A DNA stretch of 64,000 nt from Dehalococcoidia bacterium (GCA_029936675.1 JAPYSB010000007.1:2520-66519); one strand, 5' to 3'. Positions 1 through 9,753 are shown, numbered from the stretch's first letter. Translations and numbers: made by a program. Notes: generated by a model from the sequence alone, not told the origin.

Positions 1-914
1 TGGAGATCCACATATTTACCAACAACAGCGATTTTGAGCCGTTCTTTTGGACTTTTGATCAAATCGACCAAATCTGACCAGCCATTCAACCCAAGTTTCT
101 GATCCTCAACATCAATAGCCATAGCATTAGTGATTAAAGCCGCAAGACCTTGCTCTTCAAGTATCAATGGAACTTCATATATGCTGGCCACCGTGGGAAC
201 CATAAGAACCCCCTCCAGGGGTACATCACAGTGAATCATTATTTTTTTTCTCAAATCCTCAGGAATCTTCTCGTCACTGCGGCAAACAATGGCATCAGGC
301 TGAATACCAATGCTCCTGAGTTCTCTTACGCTGTGTTGTGTGGGTTTAGTTTTAAGTTCATCCGTGGAAGAAATATGCGGAAGGAATGTGAGGTGCATGT
401 AAAAGACGTTATCTCTACCAACCTCATTCCTCATTTGTCTTATAGCCTCAAGAAATGGTAATCCTTCAATGTCACCAACAGTACCTCCAACCTCAACTAC
501 AATCACATCCGCCCCACTTGATTCAGCCAAATCCAATATGTGCTGTTTGATGTTATCGGTAACATGAGGAACAACCTGGATCGTGCCACCTAGGAATTCT
601 CCCTTCCTCTCCCTGGCTATTACGTCGCTATAGACCTGGCCTGCTGTGAGATTGGAAGCTTTGGTCAATTCAACATCCACAAATCTTTCATAATGGCCCA
701 AGTCGAGATCGGTTTCACTCCCATCATCTGTGACAAATACTTCCCCATGTTGATAAGGAGACATAGTCCCTGGGTCAACATTTAAATAAGGATCAAGCTT
801 CAATAAGGAGACAGTCATACCTCTAGATTTGAGTATCTTACCGATAGAACCAACGCAAACCCCTTTGCCTACCGAACTCACTACACCACCTGTTACAAAT
901 ACAAATCTAGTCAT
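1..914 (-). CDS. pyrG: CTP synthase (5' part; runs off the window start)
   Basis: Absent from the ORF track. Manual translation from ATG at 914 gives MTRFVFVTGGVVSSVGKG...KLDPYLNVDPGTMSPYQHGEVFVTDDGSETDLDLGHYERF, the PyrG signature. Confidence 0.97.
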   Translation of the reverse strand, partial: MTRFVFVTGGVVSSVGKGVCVGSIGKILKSRGMTVSLLKLDPYLNVDPGTMSPYQHGEVFVTDDGSETDLDLGHYERFVDVELTKASNLTAGQVYSDVIARERKGEFLGGTIQVVPHVTDNIKQHILDLAESSGADVIVVEVGGTVGDIEGLPFLEAIRQMRNEVGRDNVFYMHLTFLPHISSTDELKTKPTQHSVRELRSIGIQPDAIVCRSDEKIPEDLRKKIMIHCDVPLEGVLMVPTVASIYEVPLILEEQGLAALITNAMAIDVEDQKLGLNGWSDLVDLIKSPKERLKIAVVGKYVDL

Positions 915-939
915 TGGTAAACCTTTTAAACTGAGAAAA

Positions 940-1083
940 AAGAACAGTCATTTTGAACTTCCGTGGGCCAGGTTTGGCGAGGCTGTATTGTCAGCACCAG
1001 CGGGGCAATTTCTTGCGGTTTGATTACAAGTTTGAGTGGGACAGATATCTGCAGGAAGAGTTCCCAGTCCAAGAATTGTCCCA
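940..1083. ncRNA. Candidate rod-shaped structured RNA (6S-like RNA or pyrG leader)
   Basis: Hand folding pairs the two ends (acagt/attgt, ttttg/caaga, gaac-ttcc/ggaa-gttc) and gives an inner stem (tcagcacc/ggtttga, gcaa/ttgc) around a central bubble. The strand is uncertain. Confidence 0.4.
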
Positions 1084-1138
1084 AAATTTGAATCCTGGTG
1101 ATAAACGATAACCAAGTATCCCCTTTGTCGGTTTCTGT

Positions 1139-1168
1139 AGTATAGTCACCCTCTTTTTTCTATGTCAA
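1139..1168 (-). promoter_or_regulatory. Sigma70-type promoter facing pyrG
   Basis: TTGACA (1168-1163), 18-nt spacer, TATACT (1144-1139) on the minus strand. Confidence 0.7.
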
Positions 1169-1247
1169 ACAAGGACCCTTTCAACACAATCGTATTTGAT
1201 CTTGGTAGAATTAGTTAAGCACCTTAATTTAAGGAGGTTGAATAACT

Positions 1248-2156
1248 TTGCGTTACTACCGATTAGTTAATTCCATAGGCGACGTGTGTTTATCAGCAGA
1301 AACAGGAGAAGGATTGCTAGAGAATCTAACTTCCGTGGAAGATGACGTAACAGACGTTTTAGACTTGATCAAGGCATCCTCTATCACTGGAGAGTCAATC
1401 GACGACTTAGCAAGAAGAATATTGGATTCAGGGGATTCGGAACAAATATCACTGTCAGACATAACCCAGGAAAACCCTGAATTTGACGGTGGCTGGACAA
1501 TTGATAGGCCCTTTGACCCACCAGAAGTTTGGGCTGCGGGAGTTACTTACAAAAACAGCGAAATGGAACGCCGCCGTGAAAGCGACACCCCTGATATATA
1601 TTCGAAAGTTTATAACGCAGACAGACCTGAGATATTTTTTAAATCCACCTCGGAAAGATGCATGGGACCATTTGATAATGTGGGAATACGATCTGATTCT
1701 TCATGGGACGCGCCGGAACCAGAATTAGCCTTTGTGATATATAAAGGTGAAATTGTTGGCTATACGATTGGCAACGACATGAGCAGCAGGTCTATCGAAG
1801 GAGAAAATCCACTCTACCTACCACAGGCAAAGATGTTTGATAGTAGTTGTTCCATAGGGCCTTGTTTTGCCACGCCAGAGACTATTTCAAACCCTCAAGA
1901 TCTCAGTGTAGATTGTGTAATAGCAAGGAATGGGGAAGAGGTATTTTCAGGGTCCACTTCAACATCTGAAATGGCAAGAACTTGCCAGGAAATATGTGAG
2001 TGGGTAATAAAAAGCAATTTTGTGCCCGATATGACCACCGTTCTTACTGGCACATCAATAGTACCGCCACCGGATTTTACCCTTCAAGAAGGAGATAGGG
2101 TGATAATATCGATAGAAAATCTGGGTGTGCTAGAAAACAACGTGATTGAAGTCTAG
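1248..2156 (+). CDS. Fumarylacetoacetate hydrolase family protein (2-keto-3-deoxy-pentonate dehydratase-like)
   Basis: Motifs EVWAAGVTY, RPEIFFK, PEPEL and GNDMSSRSIEGENPLYLPQAK; AAGGAGG lies upstream of the TTG start. Confidence 0.88.
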   Translation: MRYYRLVNSIGDVCLSAETGEGLLENLTSVEDDVTDVLDLIKASSITGESIDDLARRILDSGDSEQISLSDITQENPEFDGGWTIDRPFDPPEVWAAGVTYKNSEMERRRESDTPDIYSKVYNADRPEIFFKSTSERCMGPFDNVGIRSDSSWDAPEPELAFVIYKGEIVGYTIGNDMSSRSIEGENPLYLPQAKMFDSSCSIGPCFATPETISNPQDLSVDCVIARNGEEVFSGSTSTSEMARTCQEICEWVIKSNFVPDMTTVLTGTSIVPPPDFTLQEGDRVIISIENLGVLENNVIEV

Positions 2157-2413
2157 ATATCCAAATCGTTTTCACTTTGAGAACTTATTTCGATTTTTTC
2201 CTCAAACGCTTTTTTGATGTCAGTAATCTTTATCTCAGTATCAGATAGTCTTTTGTTTGCCTCTTCCGCTAATTTCATTCCTTTCTCATAAACCTCTGAA
2301 GCTTTGTTTAAAGGTAATTTTCCGTTTTCCAGGTCTGAAACGGATTTTTCCAACTCATCCATTATTTCTTCAAAAGATAAAGCGTCCAATTCATTTTCTG
2401 ACATGGTACTCAC
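2153..2413 (-). CDS. xseB: Exodeoxyribonuclease VII small subunit
   Basis: SFEEIMDELE...LENGKLPL...YEKGMKL pattern; lies directly downstream of xseA. Confidence 0.92.
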   Translation of the reverse strand: MSTMSENELDALSFEEIMDELEKSVSDLENGKLPLNKASEVYEKGMKLAEEANKRLSDTEIKITDIKKAFEEKIEISSQSENDLDI

Positions 2414-2434
2414 AAGCCCTCCAAAAGCCCAATA

Positions 2435-3661
2435 CTATAAAAGATTAAGTTGATGTTCCTCTGGGACTCCGAGCCCCATATTTTCTCCGACTGTTTTGGC
2501 ATCAATGACACCATCGCTCACTGTGATCGCTATATTTTCACCACTGCCTATATCACCTACTCTGCTAATGACTTTACCGTCGGAGGATTTTTGAAGTACC
2601 GAATACCCTCTTGCTATAGTTGTATGAGGAGCTAAGGCAGTCATTTTTTCCGCCAGTCCTCTCAAATACTCCTTTGTTAATTCATTCTTGTGAACAACGT
2701 TTGAATTCGCCCTGGTTATCAAATCATCAAGTCTTATCTTATGTGTCACAAGATCTGGCAATGCACGATCAAGCTTGGTCACCGAATATTTCAATTCATT
2801 TCGCCCAACGTCGATCCTAGCAGAACAATACAAATACATCTGCGATGTATAGTAATTTAGTTTACCCTTTAATTCCTCTAAATCTGGGACCGCCAGCTCT
2901 GCGGCAGCTGTTGGCGTAGAGGCTCTTAAATCGGACACCAAATCGGCTATGGACCAGTCTGATTCGTGTCCTACCCCACTAATCACCGGAGTAGCAGAAG
3001 CAAATATAGCTCTTGCTACAACCTCCTCATTAAATGGCCATAAATCTTCTGGGGACCCTCCACCTCTGGCTACGATGATTGTATCTATCCCACCAACCCG
3101 ATTTAGGGAGTTTATAGCCTCTGCTATCAATGTGGCCGCAGTGTTCCCCTGCACAGGGGTATGCGCCAGCACCAATTCTACTCTTGGAAATCTTCGAGCA
3201 ACCGTCTGCTGAATATCCTGCCACGCAGCAGCATCTTTAGAGGTAACGATCCCCATTACAGACGGAAAAGAAGGGATGGGTCTCTTCCTTCCTCGGTCAA
3301 AAAGGCCTTCAGAGTCCAACTTGTTTTTCATCTCTTCGAACCTGGCCTGGAGGATGCCATCCCCAGCCGGTTCTATCAGATTAGCTATAAGTTGCAACCG
3401 GCCACTTGGGGCATATACTGAGACTCGGCCAAATACGAATACCTCCGCCCCTAATTCCAAATGTTCAACACCAATGCCGCCTCTGAATAAAGCAGAATCC
3501 AACACTCCATCCTCATCCTTCAGGGTGAAATATGCGTGTCCAGATGCGGACCTTGTGGCTCGAGAAACCTCCCCAATTACACATACATCACTTAGGATCG
3601 GGTCGGACCCGAAAAGGTTATTGAGGTGCAGTATAACTTGTGAAACACTTAAAGCAGGCAT
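2435..3661 (-). CDS. xseA: Exodeoxyribonuclease VII large subunit
   Basis: Motifs SGHAYFTLKD, ARGGGSPEDLWPFNEE, SGVGHE and ASTPTAAAE. Confidence 0.97.
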   Translation of the reverse strand: MPALSVSQVILHLNNLFGSDPILSDVCVIGEVSRATRSASGHAYFTLKDEDGVLDSALFRGGIGVEHLELGAEVFVFGRVSVYAPSGRLQLIANLIEPAGDGILQARFEEMKNKLDSEGLFDRGRKRPIPSFPSVMGIVTSKDAAAWQDIQQTVARRFPRVELVLAHTPVQGNTAATLIAEAINSLNRVGGIDTIIVARGGGSPEDLWPFNEEVVARAIFASATPVISGVGHESDWSIADLVSDLRASTPTAAAELAVPDLEELKGKLNYYTSQMYLYCSARIDVGRNELKYSVTKLDRALPDLVTHKIRLDDLITRANSNVVHKNELTKEYLRGLAEKMTALAPHTTIARGYSVLQKSSDGKVISRVGDIGSGENIAITVSDGVIDAKTVGENMGLGVPEEHQLNLL

Positions 3662-3665
3662 TCAG

Positions 3666-4229
3666 CTAAACTCTAGAAATATAACTTCCGGTTCTGGTAT
3701 CTACCTTGATGACATCACCTTGATTTACAAAAAGAGGTACTTGAAGCTCAAATCCGGTTTCCAATGTAGCCAATTTAGTCGCCCCTTGCGCTGTATCGCC
3801 TTTTACCCCCGGAGGTGAATCGTCGACTTTTAAATCAGCTGTTGTAGGTAACTCCAAAGAAATAGGGTTATCTTCAAAGAAAATTAATTCCACCTCAGTC
3901 TGTTCAATCATAAAATCGAGCGAATCAGCGATTTGCTCTTTATCCATGGGGAATTGGTCGAAGGTTTCAGTGTCCATGAAATAATAAAAATCTCCATCCG
4001 GGTATATATATTGTGCTTTTCTCCTATCGACAGACGCAGGAGTGAAGCTAACGTCGTAACCTGAAAAGGTCTTGTCAATAATCCGACCGGATCTCAAATT
4101 CCTAAACCTTATCCTCATCACTGGAGCTCTCTGTTGCATCTTGCTTCTTTCGTAACCCACGACTGAATATGGCTCACCGTCGAGCTCTATCGACATGCCT
4201 TTTTTTAATTCACCGTATCCTATCGTCAT
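3666..4229 (-). CDS. efp: Translation elongation factor P (non-canonical KMQQR loop)
   Basis: Motifs YFMDTETFDQ, PPGVKGDT, ATLETG and VPLFV...IKVDTRTGSYISR; lies in the conserved aroQ-peptidase-efp order. Confidence 0.95.
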   Translation of the reverse strand: MTIGYGELKKGMSIELDGEPYSVVGYERSKMQQRAPVMRIRFRNLRSGRIIDKTFSGYDVSFTPASVDRRKAQYIYPDGDFYYFMDTETFDQFPMDKEQIADSLDFMIEQTEVELIFFEDNPISLELPTTADLKVDDSPPGVKGDTAQGATKLATLETGFELQVPLFVNQGDVIKVDTRTGSYISRV

Positions 4230-4277
4230 TGTGATAACCCCTATACAAAATATGTGTGAAGCAAAAGACCCATCTAA

Positions 4278-5342
4278 CTATTTCGGAGCGTTAGTTAACA
4301 AAGATACCTCAGTTTCCTCGAGCAATACCATGTCCTCTATTCTAACTCCACCCCACCCGGGCAGATAGATGCCAGGTTCCACTGTAAAAATCATACCTTT
4401 TCCCAAAATATCCTCAGAGGAAGGAATTACCATTGGCATCTCATGAACATTAAGGCCAATACCATGGCCTAATCCATGCGAAAAATTTTGCCCAAATCCA
4501 TGATTTGTTATTACTTCCCGAGCGATTAGGTCTAACTCTTTACCAATCACACCTTCCTTCACAGCTCCTATTGCGGTGATCTGAGCTTCCAGAACCACCT
4601 CGTATACACATCGAAATTTTTCGTCCTCACCATCAACCAAAATTGTTCGTGTTATATCGCTTCTATATCCATTCAGTAAAGCGCCCATGTCGATAACTAG
4701 CGGATCACCCGTTTTGATAATTGTGCTTCCAGCCCTATGGTGTGGTTTAGCAGAATTAGCGCCTGTCGCTACTATAGTGTCAAAGGCGACACCGTCAGCT
4801 CCGTTTTCCCTCAAAAATTTTTCTATAACCCATGCTATTTCAAACTCAGATTTGCCTGGTTTTGATTCTTTGATGCCAAGTGTTACGGCATCGTCAGCAA
4901 GGGAAGCAGCTTTTCGAATTAGCTCTATCTCATCTTTGTCTTTAACAGATCTGGTTTTTTCTACTACTCCCTTGGACGAAATCAAATTTACTCTAGGGTT
5001 CAGCAATTTTTCCAAACCTATGAATTCAGAGTATGTTAAATGGTCTGATTCAAACGCAACATTAGTTATGGAACAAAGCCTTGATACTTCCTCTAACGCA
5101 CTAAACCCAGATGATAAGGAAACCGTAATTTGATCGCAGGTCTGTTCTCGACCTTGCTCCATATATCTCGAGTCAGTAAAAAGAAAATCATTATTTCCGG
5201 AAATCAATAAAAACCCGTTGCTTCCGGTGAATCCGCTCAAGTAACGAACATTTACCAAATTTGACACCAAAAAAGCATCTGCATTTAAAACATTGCAGGC
5301 TTTCTTAATCTGTTTTCGTCTTTTTTGGTACTTAGATTGCAT
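4278..5342 (-). CDS. Xaa-Pro aminopeptidase (M24 family)
   Basis: Motifs RYLSGFTGS, GYRSDITRT, HGLGHGIGLNVHE and TVEPGIY...GGVRIED. Confidence 0.93.
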   Translation of the reverse strand: MQSKYQKRRKQIKKACNVLNADAFLVSNLVNVRYLSGFTGSNGFLLISGNNDFLFTDSRYMEQGREQTCDQITVSLSSGFSALEEVSRLCSITNVAFESDHLTYSEFIGLEKLLNPRVNLISSKGVVEKTRSVKDKDEIELIRKAASLADDAVTLGIKESKPGKSEFEIAWVIEKFLRENGADGVAFDTIVATGANSAKPHHRAGSTIIKTGDPLVIDMGALLNGYRSDITRTILVDGEDEKFRCVYEVVLEAQITAIGAVKEGVIGKELDLIAREVITNHGFGQNFSHGLGHGIGLNVHEMPMVIPSSEDILGKGMIFTVEPGIYLPGWGGVRIEDMVLLEETEVSLLTNAPK

Positions 5343-5772
5343 TTTCGAGATAATGGATCAACAGTTCGATAGCATACAAATATCCAGAAGTCCCAAACCC
5401 GGCAACTTGTCCGATAGCCACAGATTCCACCACAGAAGTTCTCCTATATTTTTCCCGCTGATGTATGTTGGATATATGTATTTCCACTAAAGGGATTTTT
5501 GCATCTATCAATGAATCCCTGAGAGATAATCCATAATGGGTCAAAGCTCCAGCATTAATCACAATACCATCTGAAGTAGACGCTTCGTTTTGAATAAAAC
5601 TAATCAATTCGCCTTCTGAGTTACTTTGGAAACAAATTGTTTCGACGCCGGCCTCTTTGGAAAATTTTTCAATCGTTGTAATAACGTCACTAAATAATTC
5701 AGACCCGTAATGAGATTCATCTCTTTTACCTAAGTTGTTAAGATTAGGTCCATTGACAACCAGTATTTTCAC
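5332..5772 (-). CDS. aroQ: Type II 3-dehydroquinate dehydratase
   Basis: Motifs NGPNLNNLGKR, QSNSEGEL and EIHISNIHQRE. Confidence 0.96.
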   Translation of the reverse strand: MKILVVNGPNLNNLGKRDESHYGSELFSDVITTIEKFSKEAGVETICFQSNSEGELISFIQNEASTSDGIVINAGALTHYGLSLRDSLIDAKIPLVEIHISNIHQREKYRRTSVVESVAIGQVAGFGTSGYLYAIELLIHYLENAI

Positions 5773-6717
5773 TTATATTTTCTCCTCCAATTCCTTCGCC
5801 ATCGGATGTGCATCCAAATAGCTTTTCCTTGCCTCTACACCTGTCACATGGGTATATATTTGGGTTGTTGCAGGGCTGGAATGTCCTAGCAAATCCTGAA
5901 CAACCCTGAGATCTGCCCCCCCATTTATTAGATGCGTTGCAAATGAATGTCTCAAGGTATGAGTGTGAACCTCGTTGCCTAACCCTGCCAGCCGCGCATA
6001 TTTTTTTACCAAATTCTGTATTGACCTAATGCTAAGCCTCGACCCCTGTTTACTTAAGAATAATGAATCGCTTTTATCAAAGTCTTTAATCTTCGGTCTA
6101 TCCACAATTATGTATCTTTGTAGGCTAGATTTAGCAGCAAGTCCGAGTAATGTCAGCCTCTCTTTATCTCCCTTACCGATCACTTTAACAGTCTTGGAAT
6201 GAAAATCCACATCGCCTATATTCAGCCCGTGGGCCTCACTTACCCGCAGGCCCGAAGCATAAAGTAACTCTAAAAGAGCTACATCTCTATTTCTAAGTGT
6301 TTCAGAATATATTCCCGATTTAGGTGAATCAATTAGCCTTACAACCTCGTCGTTGGTCAAAAATCGAGGTAATTTCACTTCCTTTTTCATTGTAGAGCGC
6401 CTAGGAACAGGATCTACTGACAATACACCTTCGGTTACCAGCCACCTATAAAATCCTCTAAGTACGGAGAGTTTTCTAGAGATACTAGATCTTTGGTAAT
6501 TTTTATCGACCAAAAAGACCAAAAACCCCCTCACGGTTCTACGGTCAACGTCTCTTAAATCACCAACTTCCATCATCTCCAGAAATTTCACAAATGTTTG
6601 CAGATCTTGAAGGTAGGTTTTGACTGTGGCATCAGACAAGCCGCGGTAGCCCACTATATGTTCTAAATAGGCCTCAATATATGAATTAATGTCTTTTCCG
6701 GTTGGTTCATATCCCAT
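5773..6717 (-). CDS. xerC: Tyrosine recombinase XerC/XerD
   Basis: Motifs LELLYASGLRVSE, GKGDKER, HTLRHSFATH and QDLLGH...TTQIYTH; lies downstream of topA. Confidence 0.88.
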   Translation of the reverse strand: MGYEPTGKDINSYIEAYLEHIVGYRGLSDATVKTYLQDLQTFVKFLEMMEVGDLRDVDRRTVRGFLVFLVDKNYQRSSISRKLSVLRGFYRWLVTEGVLSVDPVPRRSTMKKEVKLPRFLTNDEVVRLIDSPKSGIYSETLRNRDVALLELLYASGLRVSEAHGLNIGDVDFHSKTVKVIGKGDKERLTLLGLAAKSSLQRYIIVDRPKIKDFDKSDSLFLSKQGSRLSIRSIQNLVKKYARLAGLGNEVHTHTLRHSFATHLINGGADLRVVQDLLGHSSPATTQIYTHVTGVEARKSYLDAHPMAKELEEKI

Positions 6718-6785
6718 GAAAATAGGATATTAACGTCTCCCAATATTTACCAGCAGTTAAGACACTAATTATTCGCTGTGCTGGA

Positions 6786-8933
6786 TTAGCTGGCTAATCC
6801 AGCATTAACGGTCTCTGCCTCTTCCTCAAATTCTGTAATAGACCCACGAAATCCACATTCTTTCGACGGACACCTAACGTTATCCCTACCTGATGGTAGC
6901 AATATTCCATCACAATCAGGACACGGATTGCTAATGGGTTTGGTATTTACAGCAAACTTACAATCTGGGTAGTTGGTACAACCGAAGAAAATTCCTCTTT
7001 TGCTTTTACGTTCTGCTAACTCGCCCACATTACATTCGCGGCACTTTATCCCTATAGTCAAAGGTTTAGTATTTTTACAATCTGGAAACCCGGAGCAGGC
7101 GATAAACCTGCCATTTCTGCCTCCTCGTATAACCATGGGCCGCTCACATTTTTCGCATACCTCGTCACTCTCTTCATCGATCTTTTCTCTAGGGACCCTC
7201 ACAGCCTCGACTTTAGCTGTCTCAATCGCTTGGTCAAACGGTTCATAAAATTCTTGCAGCATAGGATTCCATTGCATCAATCCTTCCGCTATATCATCAA
7301 GCTGCTTTTCCATGCCTGCTGTAAAACCAACATCAACAATATCTTCAAAATGTTCTTTTAAAAACTCGGTCACTGCAATTCCTAATTTAGTGGGAGTAAT
7401 ACGACCGCGATCTCGACGAACATAGTCTCTTTCCAGGATAGTACCTATTATCGAAGCATAGGTACTTGGTCGACCGATTCCTTCACTCTCCAAATTTCTT
7501 ATTAAAGATGCTTCAGTGAATTTAGGAGGTGGTTCTGTAAAATGCTGTTCTTTGATAAGTTCATCGCAGTGCATTTCCTGACCGTTGGTAAGGATTGGAA
7601 GGCCTTTCTCTTCCTCTTCGGTTTCATCGTCCTTGGCCTCTGTGTAAAGGATTCTAAAACCGTCAAATTTCAAAACAGACCCAGTGGCCCTGAACGTATA
7701 AACTTTTGATGAAGAGGCACTTTTCGAATCAAAATCAACGCTAGTCCTGTCATATAGTGCCTCGGCCATCTGGCTTGCTACCAAACGCTTCCATATAAGA
7801 TCGTACAAACGATATTGGTCTCTATCTAATTTATCCCGTAATGCCTCTGGAGTCCTCAACACTGAAGTCGGCCTTATAGCTTCATGAGCTTCCTGGGCAC
7901 CCCGCACCTTTTTTGAAAAAGTCCTGGGCTTTTCAAGAGAATAGTCTGAGCCATACTTGCCGTTTATATATTCATTTGCCTCAGTGAGTGCTCCCCCTGA
8001 AATATTAGTGGAGTCCGTTCGCATGTAGGTTATCAATCCCTCAACACCGGCGGGGCCCATGTCGATCCCCTCATAGAGTTGCTGAGCAAGTACCATGGTC
8101 CTAGAGGCGGAAAACCTCAATCTTCGAGAGGCTTCCTGCTGCAAAGTACTCGTAATAAAAGGAGCAGAAGGTCTTCGTTTACTTTCTTTGGTTATGTAAC
8201 TTCGAACTACAAATCCAGAACCTTTCAAATCTTTAAGTATTAATGCAGCGTCGTTTTCATTATTTATTTCGGGCTTTTTCTTCGAACCTTCAATCGAGAC
8301 CAAAGAAGCTTCCAGCAAGTTTTCTTTAGGCTTTATCCCCAGCAAGGCATCGATAGTCCAATATTCCACCGGCTTGAATGCTTCTATTTGGTGCTGGCGG
8401 TCAACAACCATTCGCAAGGCAACAGACTGGACACGTCCAGCAGAGGTACCTTTCTTTACCTTGCTCCACAATACCGGGCTCAACGTGTATCCGACCAACC
8501 TGTCCAATATCCGTCTAGCTTGCTGAGCGTCTACCAAATCCACATCAATATCTCTTGTGTTCGCAAAAGCCTCTTCAATCGCTGGTTTGGTTATCTCGTG
8601 GAAAACAACTCTCCGAGTTTTCTCAATATCGATATTTGCTGCCTCTATAAGATGCCAGGAAATAGCTTCGCCTTCCCGATCCGGGTCTGTTGCCAGATAA
8701 ACCAAACCTGCACTTGCTGCAGCCTTTTTTAATTCCGCAACTATTTTTCTTTTATCAGCCGATACCGTATAAGTAGGTACAAATCCGTCTTCACGGATAT
8801 CTACTCCTAATTTCTTTCTAGGCAAGTCTCTGACATGCCCCATAGAAGCTTTTACATCATAGTTCTTCCCGAGAAATCTACCGACTGTTCTAGCTTTTGC
8901 GGGAGATTCCACGATTACAAGGTCTTTAGCCAT
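6786..8933 (-). CDS. topA: DNA topoisomerase I
   Basis: Motifs IVESPAKA, LATDPDREGEAI, SAGRVQS, ITYMRTDS and AQEAHEAIRPT, plus C-terminal C4 zinc ribbons. Confidence 0.98.
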   Translation of the reverse strand: MAKDLVIVESPAKARTVGRFLGKNYDVKASMGHVRDLPRKKLGVDIREDGFVPTYTVSADKRKIVAELKKAAASAGLVYLATDPDREGEAISWHLIEAANIDIEKTRRVVFHEITKPAIEEAFANTRDIDVDLVDAQQARRILDRLVGYTLSPVLWSKVKKGTSAGRVQSVALRMVVDRQHQIEAFKPVEYWTIDALLGIKPKENLLEASLVSIEGSKKKPEINNENDAALILKDLKGSGFVVRSYITKESKRRPSAPFITSTLQQEASRRLRFSASRTMVLAQQLYEGIDMGPAGVEGLITYMRTDSTNISGGALTEANEYINGKYGSDYSLEKPRTFSKKVRGAQEAHEAIRPTSVLRTPEALRDKLDRDQYRLYDLIWKRLVASQMAEALYDRTSVDFDSKSASSSKVYTFRATGSVLKFDGFRILYTEAKDDETEEEEKGLPILTNGQEMHCDELIKEQHFTEPPPKFTEASLIRNLESEGIGRPSTYASIIGTILERDYVRRDRGRITPTKLGIAVTEFLKEHFEDIVDVGFTAGMEKQLDDIAEGLMQWNPMLQEFYEPFDQAIETAKVEAVRVPREKIDEESDEVCEKCERPMVIRGGRNGRFIACSGFPDCKNTKPLTIGIKCRECNVGELAERKSKRGIFFGCTNYPDCKFAVNTKPISNPCPDCDGILLPSGRDNVRCPSKECGFRGSITEFEEEAETVNAGLAS

Positions 8934-9087
8934 TATTTATAGTCACCAAACAAATTAATTAATTAAACAAGATTTTTAGAAAGCCTTCCTAAACAGTCCA
9001 CAATAATACTTTACCAAAATACTCCATCGCCCATACTATCCTTAGGTCCATTAAGCAAGCATTCAAATTACCCAGAACCCACATCAA

Positions 9088-9180
9088 TGGCGGAGAGAGT
9101 GGGATTCGAACCCACGGTTCCCCTTGTGAGGGAACACGCGATTTCCAGTCGCGCCTATTCGGCCACTCTAGCATCTCTCC
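9088..9180 (-). tRNA. tRNA-Ser(GGA)
   Basis: GGAGAGA acceptor stem, anticodon arm GCGAC-TGGAAA-TCGC, long variable arm, GTTCGAATCC T-loop and encoded CCA. Confidence 0.96.
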
Positions 9181-9207
9181 ATATTGATCGTTCCGGGTCC
9201 TCTACGG

Positions 9208-9294
9208 CGGAGAGAGTGGGATTCGAACCCACGATGAGATTACTCCCATACTGGTTTTCGAGACCAGCGCCTTAGTCCGCTCGGCCATCTCTCC
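9208..9294 (-). tRNA. tRNA-Ser(CGA)
   Basis: GGAGAGA acceptor stem, anticodon arm CTGGT-CTCGAAA-ACCAG, long variable arm and T-loop. It is followed by CCG rather than CCA. Confidence 0.95.
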
Positions 9295-9489
9295 CAACCC
9301 TGACAAACGAGTATATCAGTCGATTTATAACAATTGAAATCTTAATCGGTTTCTAAGATAAGGAGAGGTGTTCTGAAACTAGCTGCCATCTCCTTCCACA
9401 TATCCCAACGGTCTAGCAGTCTACGATTTTTCACCTGCAAAATTTTATTCTTACAAACCTGAAAAACCCGGCTTTACAGGGTAGTGAGT

Positions 9490-9672
9490 TTAGACATCCT
9501 TTGGGGAAAAAATAGAGCCTTTTTTAGATGAAGGCGGTCTCCTGTTCAAGGCAGAAGCCATCATTCTCGAACCTACAATACTTATTGCTGCTGCCCCAAT
9601 TATACCAATCGGTAACCCTTTCAAAAAAGTTCTACGCGAAAAAGATTTTTTCCGTTGAGATGCCTGGTCCAT
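9490..9672 (-). CDS. Small protein with a twin-arginine (Tat) signal-like sequence
   Basis: SRRTFLK followed by a hydrophobic segment; AAGGTGG SD-like sequence lies upstream of the ATG. Confidence 0.65.
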   Translation of the reverse strand: MDQASQRKKSFSRRTFLKGLPIGIIGAAAISIVGSRMMASALNRRPPSSKKGSIFSPKDV

Positions 9673-9753
9673 ATAACCACCTTACCAATTTACTGAGTTT
9701 CCATTCAAATTATAAGGATATCAATCTAATGGATCAAGAATAAATCCCAAACC

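Noticed and set aside
150-1023. Plus-strand ORFs 150..461 and 829..1023
   Set aside because: They are antisense shadows of pyrG.
9205-9207. tRNA-Ser(CGA) lacking an encoded CCA, suggesting a pseudogene
   Set aside because: The cloverleaf is intact, and CCA is commonly added after transcription.
8989-9275. ORFs 8989..9174 and 9087..9275
   Set aside because: They are translations of the tRNA-Ser genes.
5773-9294. Tyrosine recombinase near tRNA genes, suggesting an integrated element
   Set aside because: The protein has XerC/D motifs and the conserved topA-xerC context. I saw no tRNA 3' duplication or phage genes.
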